Assembly: GCA_963668315.1 (NCBI GenBank)
Contig: OY764216.1
Location: forward strand, 384,001 to 448,000
DNA: 64,000 bases
Reading direction: 5' to 3'
Source of the DNA: Spirochaetia bacterium
Lineage (GTDB): Bacteria; Spirochaetota; Spirochaetia; DSM-2461
The translations under genes were made by a program, and so were the position numbers. The notes beneath the pieces were generated by a model. It was not told the origin of the DNA. It searched no databases and worked only from the letters and a program-made list of their open reading frames with translations. This document shows positions 9,848-21,601 of the stretch, piece after piece. Positions within the stretch are counted from its first letter, which is position 1. Every line of letters begins with the position of its first letter.

Positions 9848-11179
9848 TCACAGATTTCTGGATTTGAGTTTTCCTCCCTTAACAAGCCCATCATGATGAT
9901 GCATCTTTAAATGCCCTTCAATCTGCGACATGGTATCAAGATCAACTCCCACAAGGATAAGCAGTGAAGTACCGCCCATCAGATAGGAAATCGACGTGGG
10001 AAAATTGAATACCAAAACCACGAGCGAAGGAATAAGCGCGATGAGTGCAAGGAAGAGAGAACCGGGCAATACAATCCGGTTCAGTATTTTGGTCAAGTAC
10101 GCTTCCATATTCTCGGAACGGATTCCGGGAATAGAACCACCGTTTTCTCTGATCTGTCTGGCAATTTCTATGGGGTTCAGTGATACCTGAGTATAGAAAT
10201 AGGCGAAGAAGACAATCAAGAGAGTATATGTTATAAGATACGCCGGACCACGAGGTCGGAGAAAACTTGCAAATGCAGCCCAACCGGAATGGGAAGGACC
10301 AAGCATGGATGCTACCGTCAAAGGCAAAGTCAAGATGGAAGAGGCGAAGATAACCGGAATAACTCCGGAAGGATTGATCTTCAGGGGTATATAGGCATTC
10401 TGAGCTCCATACACTTTTCTTCCCACAATACGCTTTGCATAGTGAACGGGAATCTTCCGCTGTCCCTGCTGTTCATAAATTACCATAATGACAACGCCGA
10501 CAAACATCATGAAAGCGAAGATTACGAATACAGGGTTGATGTTCCCCATTCCAATCTCGCTCACAAGCTGCGCTACGGCTCCAGGCATTCTGGCAACAAT
10601 ACCGGTAAAAATAACAAGGGATATACCATTTCCAACACCCTTCTCATTTATCTGTTCTCCGATCCACATGAGAAACAAAGTTCCCACGGTTACTGTTAAT
10701 ATGGCGACTGCATTAAACTTCCAGCCGATAAGGCCGGGGTTAATTATGTCTGGAATCGTTCGTGCGTACTGAGTTACGGTAAAAGACTGAACCAAACAAA
10801 CGACGACCGTACCATATCTGATATATTTCTGAATCTTTTTTCTTCCTCCGTCTCCCTCTGATACTCTTTTAAGAGCAGGGAAAACGAGAAGAAGAAGCTG
10901 CATGATAATAGACATAGAAATATATGGCATAATACCAAGCATAAATACAGAAAAGTTCTTAAAAGCTCCACCAGCAAAGAAGTCGAGATAATCGGTTAAA
11001 CCGAGTCCTCCGCTCTGACCGGTCTGAGTAAGAAAATAAGAGTTCAGGGCCTGTACATCAATACCGGGAATCGGCAGGACCGCACCGATCCTGAAGACTA
11101 AAAGCATCCCGAGGGTGAAAAGCACCCGTTTTCTCAGTTCCTTTACTCTAAATATTCTAGCAAGAGCATTATCAGCCAT
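9848..11179 (-). CDS. secY: Preprotein translocase subunit SecY
   Basis: [42 protein letters not shown]. Confidence 0.98.
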   Translation of the reverse strand: MADNALARIFRVKELRKRVLFTLGMLLVFRIGAVLPIPGIDVQALNSYFLTQTGQSGGLGLTDYLDFFAGGAFKNFSVFMLGIMPYISMSIIMQLLLLVFPALKRVSEGDGGRKKIQKYIRYGTVVVCLVQSFTVTQYARTIPDIINPGLIGWKFNAVAILTVTVGTLFLMWIGEQINEKGVGNGISLVIFTGIVARMPGAVAQLVSEIGMGNINPVFVIFAFMMFVGVVIMVIYEQQGQRKIPVHYAKRIVGRKVYGAQNAYIPLKINPSGVIPVIFASSILTLPLTVASMLGPSHSGWAAFASFLRPRGPAYLITYTLLIVFFAYFYTQVSLNPIEIARQIRENGGSIPGIRSENMEAYLTKILNRIVLPGSLFLALIALIPSLVVLVFNFPTSISYLMGGTSLLILVGVDLDTMSQIEGHLKMHHHDGLVKGGKLKSRNL

Positions 11180-11194
11180 ACAAACCTATCCCGA

Positions 11195-11644
11195 TTAATT
11201 TTTTTCTGCAACGGATCCGCCGGCTTTGACAATTTTGTCCTTTGCCGTTGCGGATACATTCGTTAATTCTACCTCAAGTTTCTTCTTGATGTCACCATTG
11301 CCAAGTATTTTTACGTTTGTTTCACTTTTTTTGATCAAACCCTTAGCAACAAGTGTCTCCAAGTTTACCTTTTCACCATCTTCAAAGAATTTTTCCAGAA
11401 GATCCAGGTTAACAGGAACAGCCGTTTTTTTGAAGGGATAATTGGAAAATCCCCGGGCAGCAACACGGCGGAACAGAGGCATCTGTCCACCTTCAAAACC
11501 GATGGATACACCACCACCGGAACGTGCTTTCTGTCCCTTATGGCCTTTACCGGATGTTTTACCATGACCGGAACCGTGACCACGGCCAACCTTTTTTTTA
11601 TTTTTGTTAGCTCCCTCAGGAGCCTTAAGCTTCATATCACTCAT
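11195..11644 (-). CDS. rplO: 50S ribosomal protein L15
   Basis: GRGHGSGHGKTSGKGHKGQ, FEGGQMPL. Confidence 0.98.
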   Translation of the reverse strand: MSDMKLKAPEGANKNKKKVGRGHGSGHGKTSGKGHKGQKARSGGGVSIGFEGGQMPLFRRVAARGFSNYPFKKTAVPVNLDLLEKFFEDGEKVNLETLVAKGLIKKSETNVKILGNGDIKKKLEVELTNVSATAKDKIVKAGGSVAEKN

Positions 11645-11841
11645 TATTTGATCTCCTCAACCTCAACAAGATGAGAAATGGAATTAACCATCCCCATAAT
11701 TGCGGGAGTAGCATCTTTTTCAACAACAGAGTTCATCTTACCAAGTCCCAGAGCTTTGGCTGTCGCCCTCTGCTCGGGTTTGCGGCCGATAGTACTCCGT
11801 ACGAGCTTCACACGGATTTTACCTTCATTCTTCTTAGCCAT
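11644..11841 (-). CDS. rpmD: 50S ribosomal protein L30
   Basis: KLVRSTIGR...ALGL...GMV; spc operon position. Confidence 0.96.
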   Translation of the reverse strand: MAKKNEGKIRVKLVRSTIGRKPEQRATAKALGLGKMNSVVEKDATPAIMGMVNSISHLVEVEEIK

Positions 11842-11843
11842 AA

Positions 11844-12347
11844 TTAACCCCAGAATTCCTCAAGATTCTTTCCGCGGCCTTCGGCTACCTTTTTGGCGTC
11901 AAAGATATTCTCCAGTCCGTTAAAAACACCCTTAACAATGTTCATGGTGTTCTTGGAACCGAGAGATTTGGAAAGAACGTCATGGATGCCGGCAGCTTCC
12001 ATAACGGCACGAACGGGTCCACCGGCAATAATTCCGGTACCGGGAGCCGCAGGTTTAAGAAGAACGGAAGCACTTTTGTAATTACCCAGGATATCGTGGG
12101 GAATTGTAGTACTCTTAATGGGTACTGTGATCATGTTCTTCTTTGCTTTTTCAACACTTTTGCGAATTGCTTCAGTTACGTCGTTAGCTTTTCCGAAACC
12201 GTATCCGACACGGCCTTTACCGTCTCCGACAACCATGAGCGCAGAAAATGACATTTTACGACCACCCTTAATAGCTTTTGAAACTCTATTAAGCCTGATC
12301 AGCTTTTCTACAAACTCTTTTTCTTCGTTTCTGTCTTTATATGCCAT
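11844..12347 (-). CDS. rpsE: 30S ribosomal protein S5
   Basis: [22 protein letters not shown]. Confidence 0.98.
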   Translation of the reverse strand: MAYKDRNEEKEFVEKLIRLNRVSKAIKGGRKMSFSALMVVGDGKGRVGYGFGKANDVTEAIRKSVEKAKKNMITVPIKSTTIPHDILGNYKSASVLLKPAAPGTGIIAGGPVRAVMEAAGIHDVLSKSLGSKNTMNIVKGVFNGLENIFDAKKVAEGRGKNLEEFWG

Positions 12348-12358
12348 TACCTGTCCTC

Positions 12359-12718
12359 TTAAAACTCAATTCCGGCTTTTCTGGCACCGTCGGCAATAGC
12401 TTTGACAACGCCGTGATAAAGATAACCGTTACGGTCAAAAACAACAGTCCCGATTTTAGCTTCCTTCATGCGTTCGCCAATTACCTGACCCAGTTTTTCA
12501 CCACCGGAAATATTAGGCTTAATGTCGGCCATATCCTTTTCAAGGGAAGAAGCGGAAACAAGGGTTCTTCCAGCAACATCATCAATTACCTGGACACTGA
12601 TGTTCTTATTGCTTTTAAAAACGCTCATCCGGGGCCTTTCAGCTGTACCGGTAATCCGTTTCCGGACATGTTTCTTTCTCTGAAGCCGCTTTATGCTTTT
12701 TTCTTTAATCTTATCCAT
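12359..12718 (-). CDS. rplR: 50S ribosomal protein L18
   Basis: [19 protein letters not shown]. Confidence 0.97.
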   Translation of the reverse strand: MDKIKEKSIKRLQRKKHVRKRITGTAERPRMSVFKSNKNISVQVIDDVAGRTLVSASSLEKDMADIKPNISGGEKLGQVIGERMKEAKIGTVVFDRNGYLYHGVVKAIADGARKAGIEF

Positions 12719-12731
12719 AATACACCACTAC

Positions 12732-13271
12732 CTACTTAGATCCGGATTTACCGACTTTCCGTCTGATGTTCTCGTCTTCATACTTGATTCCCTTGCCTTT
12801 GTAAGGTTCGGGGGGTCTGAGACTCCGGATTTCGGAAGCAACCTGACCAACAATGGCCTTATCGATACCGGAAACAACAACTTTGTTGGTTCCATCGATG
12901 GCTACGGCAGCACCTTCGGGTATAACATACTCTATTTGAGTAGAATAACCAAGGCTGAGGAGAAGGTTTTTTCCCGTCATCTCTGCTCTGTAACCTACAC
13001 CGTTGATTATAAGGGCTTTTTCAAAACCCTTGGAAACACCGGTAACCATGTTATCGAGAAGCTTTCTGTAAAGACCATGCATGGATTTTGCCGCTTTGGA
13101 ATCGTCCACTCTGGATACTACAACTTCTTTTTCCTGAATATCAAAGGAAACTTCGGAATGAAACTTCTGTGTAAGCTCACCCTTAGCTCCCTTAACGGTA
13201 AGGATATCATCCTTAACCGAAATACTTACACCGGAGGGAATACCTACCGGTTGATTGCCTATTCGTGACAT
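12732..13271 (-). CDS. rplF: 50S ribosomal protein L6
   Basis: MSRIG, RPPEPYKGKGI. Confidence 0.98.
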   Translation of the reverse strand: MSRIGNQPVGIPSGVSISVKDDILTVKGAKGELTQKFHSEVSFDIQEKEVVVSRVDDSKAAKSMHGLYRKLLDNMVTGVSKGFEKALIINGVGYRAEMTGKNLLLSLGYSTQIEYVIPEGAAVAIDGTNKVVVSGIDKAIVGQVASEIRSLRPPEPYKGKGIKYEDENIRRKVGKSGSK

Positions 13272-13283
13272 ACCATACTCCCC

Positions 13284-13688
13284 TTACCAAACAGTACAGA
13301 GAATTTCGCCGCCGACCTTGTTCTGAACAGCCTTCTTACCGGTGGTGACACCGATGGAAGTAGATACGATAACCGTACCGTAACCGTTGAAAACCCGGGG
13401 GATCTTCTTGTATCCGGTATAAACCCGCCGACCGGGGGTTGATACAGACTTGAGACCATTAATGATGGGATTGGAGTTCTCATCATACTTCATGATCACA
13501 CGGATATAGCTCTTGCCAGTATCCTTATCTGTAATCTTCTTAAAATTCTTTATATACCCTTCATTCTTCAGGATCTTGATAACTTCCAGCTTGAGTTTGG
13601 AAGGCATGATATCTGCCTTTTCCAATTTGGCTCTACTGGCATTCCTGATTTTAGTAAGCATATCTGCTACGGGATCGGAAACACTCAT
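13284..13688 (-). CDS. rpsH: 30S ribosomal protein S8
   Basis: [27 protein letters not shown]. Confidence 0.98.
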   Translation of the reverse strand: MSVSDPVADMLTKIRNASRAKLEKADIMPSKLKLEVIKILKNEGYIKNFKKITDKDTGKSYIRVIMKYDENSNPIINGLKSVSTPGRRVYTGYKKIPRVFNGYGTVIVSTSIGVTTGKKAVQNKVGGEILCTVW

Positions 13689-13697
13689 TTCACACTC

Positions 13698-13883
13698 CTA
13701 CCAGCTGGATTTAGTTACACCGGGAATCATCCCGTCATTGGCCAATTTTCTAAAACAGATCCTGCACATATCAAATTTTCTCATATATCCACGAGGTCTG
13801 CCGCATATCTTACAACGTCTAACTACCCTGGTTTTATATTTAGGCTCTCTCTCAGCCTTGATTATCAGCGATTTCTTTGCCAT
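13698..13883 (-). CDS. rpsN: 30S ribosomal protein S14 type Z
   Basis: RCKICGRPR...CRICFR, 61 aa. Confidence 0.97.
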   Translation of the reverse strand: MAKKSLIIKAEREPKYKTRVVRRCKICGRPRGYMRKFDMCRICFRKLANDGMIPGVTKSSW

Positions 13884-13894
13884 CTACAAACTCC

Positions 13895-14449
13895 CTATTT
13901 TCTAAAAGGCATTCCAAACTTCTTAAGAAGTTCTCTTGCCTCATCATCAGATTTTGCCGAAGTTACAATGGCTACATTCAGACCGGAAACCCTTTCGATC
14001 TTATCGTAGTCAATCTCAGGAAAAATGATTTGTTCCTCAATTCCCAGAGAATAGTTACCACGTCCGTCAAAAGCCTTGGGGTTTACACCCCTGAAGTCCT
14101 TAACACGGGGAAGGGAAATGCTTACAAGACGATCAAGAAACTCATACATCATGTCGCCGCGGAGAGTAACCTTGGTTCCGATCTCCTGGCCTTCACGAAT
14201 CTTGAAAGTAGCAATAGACTTTCTGGCTTTAGTCTTAATCGGTTTCTGTCCGGTGATAAGACCAATTTCTTCAACTGCCGCATCAAGAAGTTTCTTGTTG
14301 GCTACAGCTTCACCCACGCCCATGCTAACTACAATCTTTTCCAGTTTGGGAATCTGCATTGTAGATTTATATTTAAACTCACTGTTCATTTCTGCAGCAA
14401 GCTTCTCTTTGTAGAGCTTCTTCAGTCTGGGTATATTGTTCTTAGCCAT
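13895..14449 (-). CDS. rplE: 50S ribosomal protein L5
   Basis: [28 protein letters not shown]; start at MAKNN. Confidence 0.98.
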   Translation of the reverse strand: MAKNNIPRLKKLYKEKLAAEMNSEFKYKSTMQIPKLEKIVVSMGVGEAVANKKLLDAAVEEIGLITGQKPIKTKARKSIATFKIREGQEIGTKVTLRGDMMYEFLDRLVSISLPRVKDFRGVNPKAFDGRGNYSLGIEEQIIFPEIDYDKIERVSGLNVAIVTSAKSDDEARELLKKFGMPFRK

Positions 14450-14766
14450 TACAGTTTTTCCCCACATTTCTTACAAACCCGGGTTTTGGCGTCATCAGTT
14501 ACCTGAAAACCAATACGGGTAGGTCCGCATTTCTTGCAAAGAATCATTACGTTGGAAATCTGCAGGGGAGCTTCGATTTCGGCAATGCTGCCCTTCTCAC
14601 CTTCCCGCTGGGGTTTCATGGTCTTTTTAACCATGTTAAGCCCTTCAACGATAACTCTTCCTTCCTTTCTGTCAATCTTTAATATACGTCCATCTTTGCC
14701 TTTATCTTTACCGGCAATGATACGTACATTATCACCTTTTTTAAGTTTAACCTTTACATCAGTCAT
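14449..14766 (-). CDS. rplX: 50S ribosomal protein L24
   Basis: [25 protein letters not shown]. Confidence 0.97.
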   Translation of the reverse strand: MTDVKVKLKKGDNVRIIAGKDKGKDGRILKIDRKEGRVIVEGLNMVKKTMKPQREGEKGSIAEIEAPLQISNVMILCKKCGPTRIGFQVTDDAKTRVCKKCGEKL

Positions 14767-14775
14767 GATTAACTC

Positions 14776-15144
14776 CTAAAGTACTTCCGGCGCAAGGGAT
14801 ACAATTTTCATATATCCCGTATCGCGCAGCTCTCTTGCTACGGGCCCGAAAATACGCTTTCCAACAGGAGCCAGGTTTGCATCAATAATAACACAGGCAT
14901 TATCATCGAAACGGATGTAGGTACCGTCCAACCGTCTATACTCCTTGTGGGTACGAACGATAACGGCTTTCTTTACATCACCTTTCTTAATGGCTGCGTT
15001 GGGCAGGGCATCCTTAACTGATACAACGATGATATCGCCGACAGTTGCGAACTTTCTCTTGCTTCCGCCAAGAACTTTAATACACTGAACCTTTTTGGCA
15101 CCGGAGTTATCCGCAACGTTTAAGTACGTATTATCCTGAATCAT
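14776..15144 (-). CDS. rplN: 50S ribosomal protein L14
   Basis: [26 protein letters not shown]. Confidence 0.98.
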   Translation of the reverse strand: MIQDNTYLNVADNSGAKKVQCIKVLGGSKRKFATVGDIIVVSVKDALPNAAIKKGDVKKAVIVRTHKEYRRLDGTYIRFDDNACVIIDANLAPVGKRIFGPVARELRDTGYMKIVSLAPEVL

Positions 15145-15160
15145 ATAATCCTCCAGTTAC

Positions 15161-15421
15161 CTATTTGGCTCTTTCGACAATTTCCTGGAGTACCCAGGTT
15201 TTGTCCTTGCTGATAGGTCTGCACTCAAGAATGCGAACCGTATCACCTTCGTTAGCCTCATTATTTTCATCATGGGCTTTGTATTTCACCGACTTGGATA
15301 TATACTTCTTGTAAAGAGGATCAAGCTTGTGGGTAGAAATCTTTACAACGATGGTCTTATCCATTTTGCTGCTGACAACAAGGCCGGTAAAACTTTTTTT
15401 GTTAATTTTCGTATCACTCAT
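15161..15421 (-). CDS. rpsQ: 30S ribosomal protein S17
   Basis: [21 protein letters not shown]. Confidence 0.97.
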   Translation of the reverse strand: MSDTKINKKSFTGLVVSSKMDKTIVVKISTHKLDPLYKKYISKSVKYKAHDENNEANEGDTVRILECRPISKDKTWVLQEIVERAK

Positions 15422-15438
15422 TTATTCTACCTCAACCC

Positions 15439-15639
15439 TTATGCCTTTCTCTTACCCGATTCAACTTCGTTGATCAGGGTATTCAGACGGGCGATATTTC
15501 TACGGACAAGTCTCTTTTCCATAGGATTTTCCAGATGTCCCAGAACACTTTCAAAACGGATCTCATGAAGTCTTTTAGAAAGCTCCGTCTTTTTGTTTTT
15601 CATCTCATCCAGGGTAAGGTCATTAAAAGTATCTTTCAT
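15439..15639 (-). CDS. rpmC: 50S ribosomal protein L29
   Basis: LENP...RRNIARLNT; S10 operon position. Confidence 0.95.
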   Translation of the reverse strand: MKDTFNDLTLDEMKNKKTELSKRLHEIRFESVLGHLENPMEKRLVRRNIARLNTLINEVESGKRKA

Positions 15640-15642
15640 GTC

Positions 15643-16059
15643 CTAATTCTCCGCATGCTTTTCGACAAACTTGGTCTTGATCGGCAATTTGCTGCCGGCC
15701 AATTCCATAGCCCGTCTGGCAAGAGCAGGATCTACTCCGCCTAATTCGAACATAACCGTTCCCGGTTTAACCACAGCGACCCACTTCTCGGGGGCACCCT
15801 TTCCCTTACCCATTCTCGTTTCGGCAGGTTTCTTCGTGTAAGGTACATCGGGGAAAATCCGAATCCAAACCTTACCGGCCCTCTTACAATGACGAGTCAT
15901 CGCAATACGGGCAGCCTCAATCTGACGGGCTGTAATCCATTGTCTATCCAGAGCGATGAGGCCAAATTCACCAAAGGCAATAGTATTGCCCCTAGTGGCA
16001 TTACCCTTCATGTTACCTCTCATGCGCTTTCTGAACTTCGTCTTTTTGGGACTCAGCAT
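15643..16059 (-). CDS. rplP: 50S ribosomal protein L16
   Basis: [20 protein letters not shown]. Confidence 0.98.
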   Translation of the reverse strand: MLSPKKTKFRKRMRGNMKGNATRGNTIAFGEFGLIALDRQWITARQIEAARIAMTRHCKRAGKVWIRIFPDVPYTKKPAETRMGKGKGAPEKWVAVVKPGTVMFELGGVDPALARRAMELAGSKLPIKTKFVEKHAEN

Positions 16060-16062
16060 AGC

Positions 16063-16764
16063 CTAACTCCTTGCCTGAGATTTATCTCTCTGTTTTTTTG
16101 CCAAGAGGCCAGCATCGTCATTCTTTTCGTGGCCGTAAACCTCTCCCTGAAAGATCCAGACTTTAACACCGATAACACCAAAAGTAGTGTGAGATTCGGC
16201 AAAACCGTAATCAATATCGGCCCGGAGGGTATGAAGGGGGATTCTTCCTTCCTTCACTTCGAGATTACGTGCCATTTCAGCACCACCGAGTCTACCGGAA
16301 ACCTTGATCTTAATTCCCTGAACGCCGGATTTCATGGCATTCTGAACAGCCATTTTCAGTACGCGTCTGAAAGCGGCACGACCTTTAAGCTGTTTGGCAA
16401 TATTCAGAGCGATTACCTGAGCATCAGCTTCAGGCTTTTTAATCTCTCTTATCTTAATCTGTATTTTCTTATCAGTCAGCTTCTGAAGTCTACCGCTGAT
16501 TTTCTCAATGGTAGCACCCTTTGATCCGATGATAACACCGGGTCTAGCCGTATGGACGATCAAAGTGACCATCTGGGGCTGACGGATAATTTCCACGTCT
16601 CCGATATCGGCACCCTTAGTTTCGGGGTAATTCAGAAACGTTTTTCTAAGCATAAGATCTTCGTGAAGAGTCTTAGCATAGTCACGGGGATCAACATACC
16701 ACCTGGATTTCCAGGTTTTGTTTACACCCAGTCTGAAACCGTAAGGATTTACTTTCTGTCCCAT
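16063..16764 (-). CDS. rpsC: 30S ribosomal protein S3
   Basis: MGQKVNP, GRLGGAEMAR, PLHTLRADIDY. Confidence 0.98.
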   Translation of the reverse strand: MGQKVNPYGFRLGVNKTWKSRWYVDPRDYAKTLHEDLMLRKTFLNYPETKGADIGDVEIIRQPQMVTLIVHTARPGVIIGSKGATIEKISGRLQKLTDKKIQIKIREIKKPEADAQVIALNIAKQLKGRAAFRRVLKMAVQNAMKSGVQGIKIKVSGRLGGAEMARNLEVKEGRIPLHTLRADIDYGFAESHTTFGVIGVKVWIFQGEVYGHEKNDDAGLLAKKQRDKSQARS

Positions 16765-16766
16765 CG

Positions 16767-17129
16767 TTACTCTCCTGCCTTTCCAATTTCGTCAAGAACG
16801 ACGGAAATATGACTGGTTCTCTTAAGAAGCCGGTCTGCCCTTCCTCTGGAACGGGCCCACATTCTTTTTGCGACCGGTCCGCCGTCAACCATCAACTCAC
16901 TAATGTAGAGCATCTCTTCATCAAGCATGTCGTTCTGGTAAAGCGCGTTAGCAGCGGCAGATTCAACAACCTTCTTCAGATATTTCGCACCCTTGTTGGG
17001 AAGGGCTTCCAGAATGGCAACCGCTTCAACATAGGGTTTTCTGCGAATGTTATCCGCAATAGGTCTGATCTTAAAAGGAGACATGGGTAAATTCGTTACC
17101 TTTGCACTATAACCTTTCTTAGCTTCCAT
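16767..17129 (-). CDS. rplV: 50S ribosomal protein L22
   Basis: SAAANA, RSRGRAD...KRTSHI. Confidence 0.97.
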   Translation of the reverse strand: MEAKKGYSAKVTNLPMSPFKIRPIADNIRRKPYVEAVAILEALPNKGAKYLKKVVESAAANALYQNDMLDEEMLYISELMVDGGPVAKRMWARSRGRADRLLKRTSHISVVLDEIGKAGE

Positions 17130-17134
17130 ATAAC

Positions 17135-17413
17135 CTATCTCCTAGCCTTCTTATCAGACGCGGCATGTCCGCGATAAGTTCTGGTAGGGGAAAACTCACC
17201 CAGTTTATGACCAACGAGGTTTTCCGTAACATATACGGGAACCCAGGTTTTTCCGTTATATACGGAAATTGTCATACCAACCATCTCGGGGATGATTGTG
17301 GAAGAACGGGAATAGGTTTTAATCATTCCCTTCTTGGCAGCTTCGCTCTCTGCTAGAACCTTTTTATATAAACTCTTTGCCACAAAAGGGCCCTTCTTAA
17401 TTGATCTGGACAT
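17135..17413 (-). CDS. rpsS: 30S ribosomal protein S19
   Basis: [20 protein letters not shown]. Confidence 0.98.
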   Translation of the reverse strand: MSRSIKKGPFVAKSLYKKVLAESEAAKKGMIKTYSRSSTIIPEMVGMTISVYNGKTWVPVYVTENLVGHKLGEFSPTRTYRGHAASDKKARR

Positions 17414-17425
17414 GGCAAACTCCTA

Positions 17426-18250
17426 TTACTTTCTTCTCTTGACAATAAACTTGTCAGAATTCTTGTGTTTCTTTCTGGTTTTGTAACCTCTGGTCGGTTT
17501 ACCCCAGGGAGAAACAGGATGACGTCCTCCGGAAGTTTTACCTTCACCACCACCATGGGGGTGATCCACAGGGTTCATAACAACACCACGAACCTTAGGA
17601 CGTTTACCCATCCAACGAGAACGACCGGCCTTACCGATCTTAACGTTCATGTGATCCTCGTTACCAACTTCACCGATAGTAGCGATACATCTCTTGTGAA
17701 CCATTCTCATTTCACCGGAAGAGAGCTTAAGAGTTACATAATCGCCCTCTTTAGCAGCGATGAGTGCACTTCCACCTGCAGCTCTTACAAGCTGAGCACC
17801 GCGACCGATCTGAAGCTCAACAGCATGAACCAGACGACCGACAGGGATGTTCTCCAAGGGAAGAGCGTTTCCAACTTCGATAGGAGAACCCTTACCGCTC
17901 ATAATCTGATCACCGACTTTCATGCCTTTGGGACAAAGAATATATCTCTTTTCTCCGTCGGCATAGTTGATCAGGGCGATATTGGCACTTCTGTTGGGAT
18001 CGTATTCAACGGAGGCAATCTTGCCGGGAACGCCGAACTTATCTCTTTTGAAGTCAATTGCTCTATATTTTCTCTTGTGTCCACCGCCACGGCGACGAAC
18101 ACTGATTCTTCCGCCGGCACCGCGTCCAGCGTTTTTCGTAACACCCCGGGAAAGGCTCTTTTCCGGTGTGTCTTTGGTAATCTCAGAGTAATCCAGACTC
18201 TGCCTGAATCTCTGGGACGGTGTCCTGGGATTATAAGTTTTCATACCCAT
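17426..18250 (-). CDS. rplB: 50S ribosomal protein L2
   Basis: [25 protein letters not shown]. Confidence 0.98.
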   Translation of the reverse strand: MGMKTYNPRTPSQRFRQSLDYSEITKDTPEKSLSRGVTKNAGRGAGGRISVRRRGGGHKRKYRAIDFKRDKFGVPGKIASVEYDPNRSANIALINYADGEKRYILCPKGMKVGDQIMSGKGSPIEVGNALPLENIPVGRLVHAVELQIGRGAQLVRAAGGSALIAAKEGDYVTLKLSSGEMRMVHKRCIATIGEVGNEDHMNVKIGKAGRSRWMGKRPKVRGVVMNPVDHPHGGGEGKTSGGRHPVSPWGKPTRGYKTRKKHKNSDKFIVKRRK

Positions 18251-18271
18251 ATTAACAGTCTCCCTTTAACC

Positions 18272-18586
18272 TTACACGCCTTCCAGGATTTCGATTTTAT
18301 CCCCGGGGGCCATGGTAACAACGGCTTTCTTCCATGCGGAAGTAAGTCCGTAACCTCTTTTATAAGTTGTAGCCGAAACGGGCATATTAGCCCTTTTCTT
18401 TCCCCTGACGTTTACAATGTTACAGGAGACGGGCTTAACAGAGTAGAGAGCGTTTATCGCTTTCATAATCTCTACCTTGTTAGCCTTTTTGGCAACCTTA
18501 AATACATATTTCTTCTTATCGCCTTCTTTCAGAACGTTTGACTTTTCTGTAAGAACAGGCTCTAAAATTATCTGACTAGCATCCAT
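18272..18586 (-). CDS. rplW: 50S ribosomal protein L23
   Basis: PVLTEKS, WKKAVV; probable start at MDASQ. Confidence 0.95.
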   Translation of the reverse strand: MDASQIILEPVLTEKSNVLKEGDKKKYVFKVAKKANKVEIMKAINALYSVKPVSCNIVNVRGKKRANMPVSATTYKRGYGLTSAWKKAVVTMAPGDKIEILEGV

Positions 18587-18594
18587 ACTCAACC

Positions 18595-19221
18595 TCAATT
18601 AGCATAGAAATCATTCAGCTTGAGAGCGGCCCCTTCCAAAACAAGAACATTCTTGCCGTAGAAAAGGTCATGAGCATTCAGTCTGTTGTAAGACAAAATG
18701 TTCACGTTGGCGATATTAGCGCCGGCTCTTTTTACCATGCTGTCGTCATCCTTCAAGATGATGACGGTTCTTTCATCGGAGACCAGGTTTTTGAGTACTT
18801 TAACAAGATCTTTCGTCTTGCCGGACTCAACAGTAAAGTCTTCTACGACTTTAAACTTGGCATCATCCTTAGCTTTAAGGCTCAGAATGGACTTAATAGC
18901 CAATCTCTTTACCTTTCTGGGGAGCTTGTAGCTGTAATCCTTGGGCTTAGGACCAAAGACGATACCACCGCCAACCCAAACAGGAGATCTTTTGTGACCG
19001 GAACGGGCACGACCCGTTCCTTTCTGTCTCCAGGGTTTAGCGCCGCTTCCCTTTACTTCACTTCTGCCTTTTGTGCAGGCAGTTCCAACTCTTCTATTTG
19101 CCAGCTCATTTCTGATAGCGTTGTAAATGGAACCTTCACTTACTTCTCTGGCAAATACGGAATCGCTCAGCTCTACGCTTTTAACTTCTTTTCCGTCTAC
19201 GGAGTAAACTTTCTTTTCCAT
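18595..19221 (-). CDS. rplD: 50S ribosomal protein L4
   Basis: KPWRQKGTGRAR, GGGIVFGP. Confidence 0.98.
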   Translation of the reverse strand: MEKKVYSVDGKEVKSVELSDSVFAREVSEGSIYNAIRNELANRRVGTACTKGRSEVKGSGAKPWRQKGTGRARSGHKRSPVWVGGGIVFGPKPKDYSYKLPRKVKRLAIKSILSLKAKDDAKFKVVEDFTVESGKTKDLVKVLKNLVSDERTVIILKDDDSMVKRAGANIANVNILSYNRLNAHDLFYGKNVLVLEGAALKLNDFYAN

Positions 19222-19224
19222 AGC

Positions 19225-19848
19225 CTACCTCTTCTTCTTTGCCATACGGACAAGTACCATGCTGTCCTTCGTACCGGGAACGGCACCTCTAATGAGGATA
19301 ACGCCCTTTTCCTGGTCTACTTTTACAACGGCGAGATTCTGGACAGTTTTACGTTCGCCACCCATTCTACCGGCCATCTTGGTGCCTTTGATTACCTTCG
19401 AAGGATAAGCGGCCATACCGGTAGAACCATTGGCTCTATGAAACTTGGAACCATGAGTCTTACGTCCACCCTTAAAGTTGTGACGCTTCATAACACCCTG
19501 GAAACCTTTTCCCTTGGTGGTTCCGATTACATCCACATATCTCATCTCATCGAACAACTCTACACCAAAGGAGTCACCGACCTTGCATTCCTTTTCAAAA
19601 CCACGTATTTCTACGAGATGTCTTCTAGGGGCCACATCGCCCTTAAACTGACCAGCATAGGGTTTGGTTACCCGACTCGCTTTCTTTTCCACGGAACCCA
19701 GTACAACGGCTTCGTAGCCGTCCGTTTCTTCCGTCTTGCTGGCAACAACCACATTAGGTTCTACTGCTATGACTGTTACAGGAGTCAATTCGCCATTTGC
19801 GTCGAACACCTGCGTCATTCCGATCTTTTTACCAATCAATCCGATCAT
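19225..19848 (-). CDS. rplC: 50S ribosomal protein L3
   Basis: GKKIGMTQVF, KGKGFQGVMKR; start at MIGLIG. Confidence 0.98.
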   Translation of the reverse strand: MIGLIGKKIGMTQVFDANGELTPVTVIAVEPNVVVASKTEETDGYEAVVLGSVEKKASRVTKPYAGQFKGDVAPRRHLVEIRGFEKECKVGDSFGVELFDEMRYVDVIGTTKGKGFQGVMKRHNFKGGRKTHGSKFHRANGSTGMAAYPSKVIKGTKMAGRMGGERKTVQNLAVVKVDQEKGVILIRGAVPGTKDSMVLVRMAKKKR

Positions 19849-19874
19849 TTTTTTCCTCAATACACCCAACTAAC

Positions 19875-20183
19875 TTACTGTTTGATATCGACATCAACTC
19901 CGGCGGGAAGTTCAAGTCCCATCAGAGCGTCCATTACAGCAGAGGTTGGTTCAAGTATATCAATCAACCTCTTGTGAGTTCTCATTTCGAACTGCTCTCT
20001 AGATTTTTTGTTTACAAAGGTTGATTTCAAAACCGTAAATTTATTGATTTTAGTAGGAAGAGGAACAGGACCAGAAACCCTGGCACCCTTCTTCTGCGCC
20101 GCATCAACAATAGAACGGGCACTTTGATCAACCAACTCTGCGTCAAATCCTCTTAACCTTACTCTAATCTTCTCGTTAGCCAT
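19875..20183 (-). CDS. rpsJ: 30S ribosomal protein S10
   Basis: [20 protein letters not shown]; start at MANEK after GGAGG. Confidence 0.98.
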   Translation of the reverse strand: MANEKIRVRLRGFDAELVDQSARSIVDAAQKKGARVSGPVPLPTKINKFTVLKSTFVNKKSREQFEMRTHKRLIDILEPTSAVMDALMGLELPAGVDVDIKQ

Positions 20184-20197
20184 TATTCCTCCGGGAG

Positions 20198-20228
20198 AAA
20201 AAAGCACTCCCCGCTTAACAGGGAGCGC
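20198..20228 (-). terminator. Intrinsic terminator between tuf and rpsJ
   Basis: GCGCTCCCTG-TTAAG-CGGGGAGTGC followed by T6. Confidence 0.7.
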
Positions 20229-20241
20229 CCTCTCCAATCAA

Positions 20242-21429
20242 CTATTCAGTAATTTCAGTAACCTGACCGGAAGCAACAGTTCTACCACCTTCGCGGATAG
20301 CGAACCGAAGTCCCTTATCCATAGCGATGGGGTGAATCAGCTCAGCGGTAATAGTGGTATTATCGCCAGGCATTACCATCTGCTTATCTTCGGGCAGAGT
20401 TACGGTACCGGTAATATCGGTAGTTCTGAAGTAGAACTGGGGTCTGTAACCGGAGAAGAAGGGGTTATGACGGCCACCCTCATCCTTGGTCAGACAATAG
20501 ATAGAAGCGGTAAACTTCTTGTGGGGAAGGATAGAACCGGGCTTACAGAGAACCTGTCCTCTTTCTACCTCTTTCTTATCAACACCACGGAGAAGAGCTC
20601 CAATATTATCACCAGCCTGTCCTTCATCAAGGAGCTTGTTAAACATTTCAACACCGGTACAGGTAGTCTTCTTGGTATCACGTACACCGACGATTTCAAT
20701 TTCGTCACCAACATGAAGAACACCAGCCTCTACTCTTCCGGTTACAACCGTACCACGACCGGAGATGGAAAATACATCTTCGATAGGCATCAGGAAGGGC
20801 TTATCAACAGCTCTTTCGGGAACGGGGAAGTAAGTATCCATTGCATCGAGCAGCTCCTGGATACATTTTGTCTTATCGGCATCTTCGGGAGCAGACATTG
20901 CTTCGAAAGCGGAACCCTTGATAATGGGGGTTTCATCGCCATCGTAACCGTACTCGGAGAGAAGTTCCTGAACTTCCATTTCTACCAGGTCAACCAGTTC
21001 AGGGTCAGCCAGGTCAAGCTTATTCATGAAAACGATCAGCTTGGGTACACCTACCTGCTTAGCAAGAAGGATGTGCTCTCTGGTCTGGGGTTCCGGACCG
21101 GAATCCGCAGCAACGAGCAGAATACCACCGTCCATCTGTGCAGCACCGGTGATCATGTTCTTGATATAGTCGGCGTGACCGGGACAGTCTACGTGAGCAT
21201 AGTGACGAGCTTCCGTCTGATACTCAACGTGACGAGTATTAATGGTAATACCTCTTTCTCTCTCTTCGGGAGCATTGTCGATCTGATCATAAGACATGAT
21301 CTTATCTCCAGACTTAGCAGCACAATACATAGAGATAGCCGCAGTAAGAGTGGTCTTACCGTGGTCTACGTGTCCAATTGTACCGACGTTTACGTGCGGT
21401 TTTGTCCTCGCGAATTTTTCTTTAGCCAT
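20242..21429 (-). CDS. tuf: Elongation factor Tu
   Basis: [36 protein letters not shown]. Confidence 0.99.
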   Translation of the reverse strand: MAKEKFARTKPHVNVGTIGHVDHGKTTLTAAISMYCAAKSGDKIMSYDQIDNAPEERERGITINTRHVEYQTEARHYAHVDCPGHADYIKNMITGAAQMDGGILLVAADSGPEPQTREHILLAKQVGVPKLIVFMNKLDLADPELVDLVEMEVQELLSEYGYDGDETPIIKGSAFEAMSAPEDADKTKCIQELLDAMDTYFPVPERAVDKPFLMPIEDVFSISGRGTVVTGRVEAGVLHVGDEIEIVGVRDTKKTTCTGVEMFNKLLDEGQAGDNIGALLRGVDKKEVERGQVLCKPGSILPHKKFTASIYCLTKDEGGRHNPFFSGYRPQFYFRTTDITGTVTLPEDKQMVMPGDNTTITAELIHPIAMDKGLRFAIREGGRTVASGQVTEITE

Positions 21430-21601
21430 CGTAAATCCTCCTCGGCTCTTTCAAAAACACAAAAAATATTAATTGATCACAATCAATTCATGCCAACACA
21501 AATTGGCACAATGATATTAACAAAAGTCAAGATCATATACAACAGCGCTATGACCCGTTTATATGTTTTTATACAGAAAAATCTTTACGAAAAGGACAAA
21601 G

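Noticed and set aside
8915..9848. Absence of rpsD, adk, map and infA from the spc/alpha region
   Set aside because: Ordinary arrangement for spirochetes
21491..21508. TGCCAA-N6-TTGGCA palindrome before tuf as a sigma54 promoter
   Set aside because: No TTGC -12 element at the required distance on either strand
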